Shown piece after piece: positions 58,295 through 64,000 of a DNA stretch of 64,000 bases; position 1 is the stretch's first letter, and each line of letters opens with the position of its first letter. Under the pieces are notes generated by a model. It did no database searches and was not told where the DNA came from. It was given only the letters and a program-made list of their open reading frames with translations. Made by a program: the position numbers and the translations under genes. The stretch is taken from NCBI GenBank assembly GCA_965219445.1, contig CBDCNQ010000004.1, forward strand, positions 416,001 to 480,000, read 5' to 3'. The stretch is from Longimicrobiales bacterium. Lineage in GTDB: Bacteria; Gemmatimonadota; Gemmatimonadetes; Longimicrobiales; Gaopeijiaceae.

Positions 58295-60860
58295 GAGAGG
58301 TCTCCTTGAGGCGTGCCATGACCTGATGTGCCACGTGGTCTACAGACCCTGCGCCCATGGTCAGGAGGAGGTCACCCGAGGTGAGTTCCGTCACGACGGT
58401 GTCCGCCATCGTGTCCACGTCGGCGTGATAGTGCACGTCGCCACCCGCTCGCCCGGCTGCGCGTGCAACCATTTCGCCCGTCACGCCCTCGATCGGAGCC
58501 TCACGAGCCGGGAACACGTCGGTGACCCAGATCGTGTCGGCTTCGGCAAGCGCCTGCCCGAACTCCTCGGCAAAATCCCGTGTGCGCGTGAACAAGTGCG
58601 GTTGAAACACGGCCACGATCCGGCGGTCCGGATGGGCGCCCCGCGCGGCCGCGAGTGTAGCCTGTATCTCGGAGGGGTGATGCGCGTAATCGTCCACGAC
58701 CAGGACCCCCCGTTCCAGCCCGACCGTGTCGAATCTCCTCTCGACGCCCCGATACGCCATGAGGCCCTGTCGGACAGAATCCCAGTCCACCCTGAAGCAG
58801 CGAGCGGCAGTCGCGGCACCCAACGCATTTCGCAGATTGTGAACGCCAGGGGCAGGAAGTCGGAAGGTCCCGCGGTCGAAGCCGTCTTCGATCACGCGGA
58901 AGTCCATGCCAACTGCGCTCGCCTCGACGTCCACCGCGCGTACGTCCACGTCCGACTCCAATCCATAGGTACGCACCCGAGATGCCAGGTCCGGGACGAG
59001 CCTGCTCGCCTCGGGATCGTCCGTGCAGATTACGGCCCATCCGTCCGGCAAGAGCTCATCAAGGAACGCCTTGAAGGCGTCCACGACACCTTCGAGCGCG
59101 CCGTAGGTATCGAGGTGATCCGCTTCGACATTGGTCACCACCGCCACCTCGGGCCTCAGCTCCAGGAACGATCGGTCGTATTCGTCCGCCTCGACGACAA
59201 AGAGATCGCCTCCGCTACGCAGGTTTCCGCCCCAAGCGGGCACACGGCCGCCCACGAAGCCGGTTGGATCCATCCCTGCCGCGGTGAGAATCTCCGTCGT
59301 CATTGCCGTGGTGGACGTCTTGCCGTGTGTGCCCGCGACCGCAAGCACCCGTCCCTGATTGACCCACTGGCCGAGGGCCTCCGCTCGTTTGAAGACCGGA
59401 ATCCCCCGTTCGAGCGCCTCCTGAACTTCCGGGTGGTCCCTCGGGACCGCCGCGCTCACTACGAGGGCGGCCACCCCTTCAACGTGGTTCGCCCTGTGCC
59501 CCTCGTGTATCTGAACGTCCATGGTCCGAAGCCGGTCGGTGGTCGATCCCGGGCGAAGGTCACAGCCCGAGACGCTTCCTCCGCGCTTCACAAAGAGCTC
59601 GGCCAGCGCACACATCCCGGCGCCCCCCACCCCCATGAAGTGAATCAGCCCCTCGTTCGAGAGCCGGCGCAGATCCCGTTCGCTCACAGGGCTCGAACCC
59701 GGATCGATTGTTCCTATGCCCTCAGACCGGGGACCCGGGAGAAGGCCCACCATCTCGCGGACGATGAGGGACGTAGCGTCCGGCCGGCTGCGTTCCCGTG
59801 CGAGCTCACTCATCGTGGCGAGCCTGTGACGGTCTCTCGTCAAGCTGGCGATCGTCTCCCACAGTGCGCCTGCTGTCAGTCCCTCCTGCTCCAGGTGTAT
59901 GGCAGCCCCCGCCTCCTGTAATGCGCGGCCGTTCAGTTCCTGGTGGTTGGCAGCAGCGGTGGGGAGCGGTACCAGGATGGCCGGCACTCCCCATGCCAAG
60001 ATTTCGGCCGTCGTCATGGCGCCCGCCCGCGATAGCGCCAGATCCGTAACCCCCAGGACCAGCGGCACGTCCTCGATGTAGGGGACCGCTCGGATCCATG
60101 CCGGATCGCCGAGGGCGGAGAGCTCGGCGACGATCGACGCGTGATGGGCCGGACCTGTCATCCAGAGGAGCTGCCACCCATCCAGAGGGTTTCCCGGGGC
60201 TGCGGACCGGACGGCTTCGAGCATCAACTCGTTCAGGGCCAGGGATCCCTGGCTTCCGCCGATCAACAGCAGGAGCCTCCGCTGTGGATCGAGACCCAGG
60301 CCGACAAGAGCATCGTGGCGGTCAGGCACAGCGTCCGGAAGGGCCCGGATCGGACACCCTGAGACCTGTGCCACCTTCCGCGCACGGGGGGGCAATTCAT
60401 CCAGAGCTTCCGGGAACGCGAGGTGTACCTGCGTCGCCCAACGCGACAAGAAGCGAGTCGTGACTCCGGGCCACGCGTTCTGCTCCTGGAGCACCAGCGG
60501 TGTCCCCAGTCCCGCCGCCACCAACCCCGCTGGCGCCCCGGCGTACCCACCCGTCACCACGACCAGCTCCGGCCGGAGACGGCGGTGGACCTTGAGCGTG
60601 CTCGTAAGCGAGGACACGAGAGCGAATGGAACTCCGAGATTCGACCACCATTCCCCACGCTCAACCCCTCGCACCGGAAGGAGCCGATGCTCCAATCCTT
60701 TCTCGGGGAGCACTCGAGCCTCGATCCCTCTACTCGCACCGACGAAGAACGGCCGCACGTCGGGACGTTGCCGTACGAGTTCCTCCGCCAGCGCCAGCGC
60801 TGGGTAGAGGTGGCCCCCGGTGCCGCCTCCGGCGAAGACCACGACTGGACCCTCATGCAC
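58287..60860 (-). CDS. murG-murC: Fused MurG (GlcNAc transferase) - MurC (UDP-MurNAc--L-Ala ligase)
   Basis: N-terminal AGGGTGGH, TGGY, EQN..PG, GGSQG, RAGA.T, HQ..N (MurG) continues in frame into HFMGVGGAGM, AGTHGKTST, VEADEYD, DHLD, DDYAHHP, FQPH (MurC); GTG 60860 after AGGAGG. Confidence 0.9.
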   Translation of the reverse strand: MHEGPVVVFAGGGTGGHLYPALALAEELVRQRPDVRPFFVGASRGIEARVLPEKGLEHRLLPVRGVERGEWWSNLGVPFALVSSLTSTLKVHRRLRPELVVVTGGYAGAPAGLVAAGLGTPLVLQEQNAWPGVTTRFLSRWATQVHLAFPEALDELPPRARKVAQVSGCPIRALPDAVPDRHDALVGLGLDPQRRLLLLIGGSQGSLALNELMLEAVRSAAPGNPLDGWQLLWMTGPAHHASIVAELSALGDPAWIRAVPYIEDVPLVLGVTDLALSRAGAMTTAEILAWGVPAILVPLPTAAANHQELNGRALQEAGAAIHLEQEGLTAGALWETIASLTRDRHRLATMSELARERSRPDATSLIVREMVGLLPGPRSEGIGTIDPGSSPVSERDLRRLSNEGLIHFMGVGGAGMCALAELFVKRGGSVSGCDLRPGSTTDRLRTMDVQIHEGHRANHVEGVAALVVSAAVPRDHPEVQEALERGIPVFKRAEALGQWVNQGRVLAVAGTHGKTSTTAMTTEILTAAGMDPTGFVGGRVPAWGGNLRSGGDLFVVEADEYDRSFLELRPEVAVVTNVEADHLDTYGALEGVVDAFKAFLDELLPDGWAVICTDDPEASRLVPDLASRVRTYGLESDVDVRAVDVEASAVGMDFRVIEDGFDRGTFRLPAPGVHNLRNALGAATAARCFRVDWDSVRQGLMAYRGVERRFDTVGLERGVLVVDDYAHHPSEIQATLAAARGAHPDRRIVAVFQPHLFTRTRDFAEEFGQALAEADTIWVTDVFPAREAPIEGVTGEMVARAAGRAGGDVHYHADVDTMADTVVTELTSGDLLLTMGAGSVDHVAHQVMARLKETSHA

Positions 60861-62037
60861 GGGCCCTCCTTCCCACGGCAAGGGGCCTCATGCTGGCCCG
60901 GGAGATGCTCATGAGAATCCCCAGGGACGCCAGCGTGACCAACAGGTTTGAGCGTCCGTAAGAGATCAGGGGCAGCGCCAAGCCCGTGGCCGGCACCAAG
61001 CCCAATCCCACGGCCATATGAAGGATCGCGTGCATGGCGATCATGCTGGTCAACCCAACGGCCACCAACTGCCCGAAAAGATCGGGAGCACGTGACGCGA
61101 TCCGAAAGCCGATCAGGATCAGGAGCAAATAGAGAAGTACCACCATCGTGACGCCGACCAGCCCCCACTCCTCACCGATCATCGCGAAGATGAAGTCGTT
61201 GTGGGCCTCCGGCAGAAATCCGAACTTCTGCCGCCCCTGTCCAAACCCCACCCCGGCGACCCCACCCGAGCCGAACGCGAGAAGTGACTGGTGCACCTGG
61301 AAGCCGGCGCCGGACGGATCGGCCGAAGGATCCAGATACGAGACCATGCGGCGAGCCCGGAAGGCAACCTCCAACTGCGCGTATAGAGCTGGAAGGGCGA
61401 GGAGACCCAGGAACAGGAAGTGGGTCAGGCGAGCACCCGCCACGTAGACGACCAGGCATCCCATCACTCCCACGAGCAACGCCGTGGACAGATCAGGCTC
61501 GAGCGCGATCGGGACCATGAGAGCGGCCCACACGAGGAGGAACGGCGTGAGGCCTCGCCTCAGGCTCGAGAACTCCTCTTGCTTACGAATCGCAAGCGCC
61601 GCCGTCCAGACAACCACCGCGACCTTGGCCAACTCCGAGGGCTGGAGGGTCGGGCCGACACGCAGCCACCTGCGTGCCCCGTTGATCGAGGGCGCGATGG
61701 ACTCGGTACCCGGAGCGATCACGATCACGAGCAAGAACCACGCAACAACGACCATCGGCCATGCGAGTCGCCGCCAAACGTCATGCGGAATCCATGCACA
61801 GACACCGAGAATCGCCAAACCGGCCGCCACGCCGGTCGCCTGTCGGAGAACGTAGTAGTAATCTGGCAAGGCCTGTCGTTGAGCGAGAAACGCACTGGCG
61901 GAATAGAGCGTGACCAGTCCGAAAGAGAGGAGCAGGAGGGTGAGTACCATGATCGCGGCACCCTCCCACCCTCTCCCGATGCCCGTGATGGGCAGGGCCA
62001 GCGGTCCGGACGGAGCAAGGTTGACGGCTCGGGCCAT
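60853..62037 (-). CDS. ftsW: Peptidoglycan polymerase FtsW
   Basis: NGARRW, QPSELAK, EPD, LPEAHNDFIF..IGEE, P.TG..LPLISYG. Confidence 0.95.
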   Translation of the reverse strand: MARAVNLAPSGPLALPITGIGRGWEGAAIMVLTLLLLSFGLVTLYSASAFLAQRQALPDYYYVLRQATGVAAGLAILGVCAWIPHDVWRRLAWPMVVVAWFLLVIVIAPGTESIAPSINGARRWLRVGPTLQPSELAKVAVVVWTAALAIRKQEEFSSLRRGLTPFLLVWAALMVPIALEPDLSTALLVGVMGCLVVYVAGARLTHFLFLGLLALPALYAQLEVAFRARRMVSYLDPSADPSGAGFQVHQSLLAFGSGGVAGVGFGQGRQKFGFLPEAHNDFIFAMIGEEWGLVGVTMVVLLYLLLILIGFRIASRAPDLFGQLVAVGLTSMIAMHAILHMAVGLGLVPATGLALPLISYGRSNLLVTLASLGILMSISRASMRPLAVGRRARA

Positions 62038-63419
62038 CAGCGCTCCGTATCCTCTGATATGGCTTTGGCCAACGCCGTGAAGCGGGAACCACGCTCCTCG
62101 TAACTCGCGAACATGTCATAGCTGGAGCATGCCGGTGATAGCAGGACGGTGGTCCCTGGGGCCGCACGTTGGGCAGCGGCCTCCATGACCTCGTCAAATC
62201 CCTCGTGCAGCAACTCCACTGGCACATGACCGTCCAGAGCTTGGAAGATGCGCCGCCCGGCCTGGCCGTAGGTCAGCACATGGGCATCGGCCTTCGAGAG
62301 CGCCTCAACAAGCGCCGAGAAATCCTCGCCCTTGTCCTTTCCGCCGAGCAGAACGAGCAGCGTCCCCTCCAGACTGGAAATGGCGGAGCGGGCCGCGGCC
62401 ACGTTCGTGGCCTTGGAATCGTTGACCCACCGAACACCCTTTGCCTCGGCCACCTTCTCGGTACGGTGCGGCAGCGGCTCGGCCGTCGCCAAACCCCGTC
62501 GAATGGATTCTGTGGAGGCGCCTGCCAGCCCAGCGGTCGCCGCCGCGGCTAAGGCGTTTTCCACATTGTGAGCTCCGAGGAGGGCGATGTCGTCGACGGG
62601 GCCCAGCGACTCCCCAGCCCCGGATAGGTCGAGCATCACCATATCACCGTCGAGGTAGGCGCCCCGACGGCCGCTGCTCGTCCTGCTGAAATAGAAACAA
62701 CGGCCGGAAACGCCCTCCGCGAGAGCGGTGACGTTCGCGTCATCCCCGTTCAGAACCCACCGGCTGTTCTCGTCGGCGTTACGGAAGAGGTTGGATTTAT
62801 CGGCGTAGTAAGCGTCCACGGACGAATACCAGTCGAGATGATCCGGAGCCAGATTCGTCACCACGCCGATGTCCGGCTTGAATCGATCGATCGCCCCCAA
62901 CTGGAACGAGCTCATCTCCACGACATACCAAGCGGGGCTGCGCTCCCGGAGTGCGAGCTCGGAGGCGGGAGGGCCGAACGCGGCACCGATGTTCCCGCCA
63001 AGAGCCACGTCGAGCCCGTCCTCTTCGAGCAGATGCGCCAGCAAGGCTGCCGTGGTCGTCTTGCCGTTCGTTCCGGTCACAGCGATCAGTGGACCATCGA
63101 AGAACCGAAAGGCGAACTCAGGCTCCGAGATCCAACGTACGCCCCGGTCGCCGAGCTCACTGAGCACCGGAGCGTCTGGACGGATGCCTGGACTGACCAC
63201 GACCGTGGCGGCGGCCGCGATGCGATCGATCGGGTGTTCTCCCAGGTCGATCTCGGCTCCGAGCTCTCGGAGCTCGGCTCCACGAGCATGAGTTGAGGCG
63301 TCAGTGCGCAGATCCGACACATGGACTTCTCCTCCCGTTTCGAGTGCTAATCGCGCCGCAGCCCGTCCGGACTCGGCCAAGCCGACGACGGCAACCGTTT
63401 CGCCTTCCGGCGTGTTCAC
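62037..63419 (-). CDS. murD: UDP-MurNAc-L-Ala--D-Glu ligase
   Basis: VTGTNGKTTT, GGNIG, EMSSFQL, DHLD, NDSKATN, LLSPACSSYD. Confidence 0.96.
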   Translation of the reverse strand: MNTPEGETVAVVGLAESGRAAARLALETGGEVHVSDLRTDASTHARGAELRELGAEIDLGEHPIDRIAAAATVVVSPGIRPDAPVLSELGDRGVRWISEPEFAFRFFDGPLIAVTGTNGKTTTAALLAHLLEEDGLDVALGGNIGAAFGPPASELALRERSPAWYVVEMSSFQLGAIDRFKPDIGVVTNLAPDHLDWYSSVDAYYADKSNLFRNADENSRWVLNGDDANVTALAEGVSGRCFYFSRTSSGRRGAYLDGDMVMLDLSGAGESLGPVDDIALLGAHNVENALAAAATAGLAGASTESIRRGLATAEPLPHRTEKVAEAKGVRWVNDSKATNVAAARSAISSLEGTLLVLLGGKDKGEDFSALVEALSKADAHVLTYGQAGRRIFQALDGHVPVELLHEGFDEVMEAAAQRAAPGTTVLLSPACSSYDMFASYEERGSRFTALAKAISEDTER

Positions 63420-63431
63420 AACGCGTGTTCC

Positions 63432-64000
63432 TCAACGGATCTTGAGCGCGCTGAACGCCAACATCGCGCACAGAATTCCCATGATCCAAAAACGGACGAC
63501 GACCTTGCTCTCCGGCCATCCCGCCTGCTCGAAGTGGTGATGGATCGGAGCCATTCTGAAGAGCTTTCGAGGGGTGCCGTACTTGGCCCTCGTATATCGG
63601 AAGTAGCCGACCTGGAGGACCACCGAGAGCACCTCCATGACGAAGACACCCCCGACGATCACCAGGAGAAACTCCGCCTTGAGCAGGATGGCCATGACCC
63701 CGACGGCGCCTCCCAGAGCAAGCGAACCCGTGTCGCCCATGAAGACCTCGGCGGGATGCGCATTGAACCAAAGGAAACCGAGGCAGCCGCCGGCTAGGCC
63801 GAGAGCGAGCACCGACAGTTCCCCCGCGCCAGGCAAGTAGAAGAGCCCCAGGTACGCGGAGCTATCCACGCGGCCCAGCAGATAAGCAAAGATCCCGAAC
63901 GTGGCCGCCGCGATCGCCGTCAGGCCGGCCGCCAGCCCGTCGAGCCCATCCGTGAGGTTCACCCCGTTGGAGCTGGCGGAAATCACCAGCGCCACGAACG
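63432..64000 (-). CDS. mraY: Phospho-MurNAc-pentapeptide translocase, 3' part (start outside the window)
   Basis: SNGVNLTDGLDGLA, FMGDTGS, MAPIHHHFE..GW.E. Confidence 0.96.
   Translation of the reverse strand, partial: FVALVISASSNGVNLTDGLDGLAAGLTAIAAATFGIFAYLLGRVDSSAYLGLFYLPGAGELSVLALGLAGGCLGFLWFNAHPAEVFMGDTGSLALGGAVGVMAILLKAEFLLVIVGGVFVMEVLSVVLQVGYFRYTRAKYGTPRKLFRMAPIHHHFEQAGWPESKVVVRFWIMGILCAMLAFSALKIR

Noticed and set aside
57567..59921. 784-aa plus-strand ORF
   Set aside because: Antisense shadow of ftsQ and murC in high-GC DNA; low-complexity, no recognisable motifs.

Overview
GC-rich bacterial chromosome segment made mostly of housekeeping genes. Gene order and protein style suggest Gemmatimonadota, but this is an inference. 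Main content: a 7TM-HD phosphohydrolase/phoH/aspS block; rlmN, lepB, a YqeK-like hydrolase and rqcH; a trp cluster (trpD | trpC-F-B-A) interrupted by an antisense lexA and by a HEAT-repeat + HD-GYP pair; truA-fsa-htrA-purB-purC-psd-pssA-purS-Q-L-F; fbp, comEC, miaB, mtaB, alr and mazG; a ~6 kb accessory island (PQQ beta-propeller protein, FGE-like protein, RnfD-like/Sel1 membrane protein, IS91-family relic); asnS, recG and ftsY; and the dcw cluster with a single-ORF MurG-MurC fusion. The most notable signals are (1) two TTCGGG-N5-TTCGGG direct-repeat pairs over the lexA promoter, a candidate lineage SOS box; (2) lexA embedded antisense inside the trp genes; (3) a coupled HEAT/HD-GYP module with a shared N-terminal domain, a non-canonical RxxQ motif and its own upstream 16-bp direct repeat; (4) a dispersed AGGCTGTTGAAG MITE-like repeat family; and (5) the MurG-MurC fusion. 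No rRNA, tRNA or CRISPR array was recognised. All calls come from reading motifs by eye; no database searches were run.
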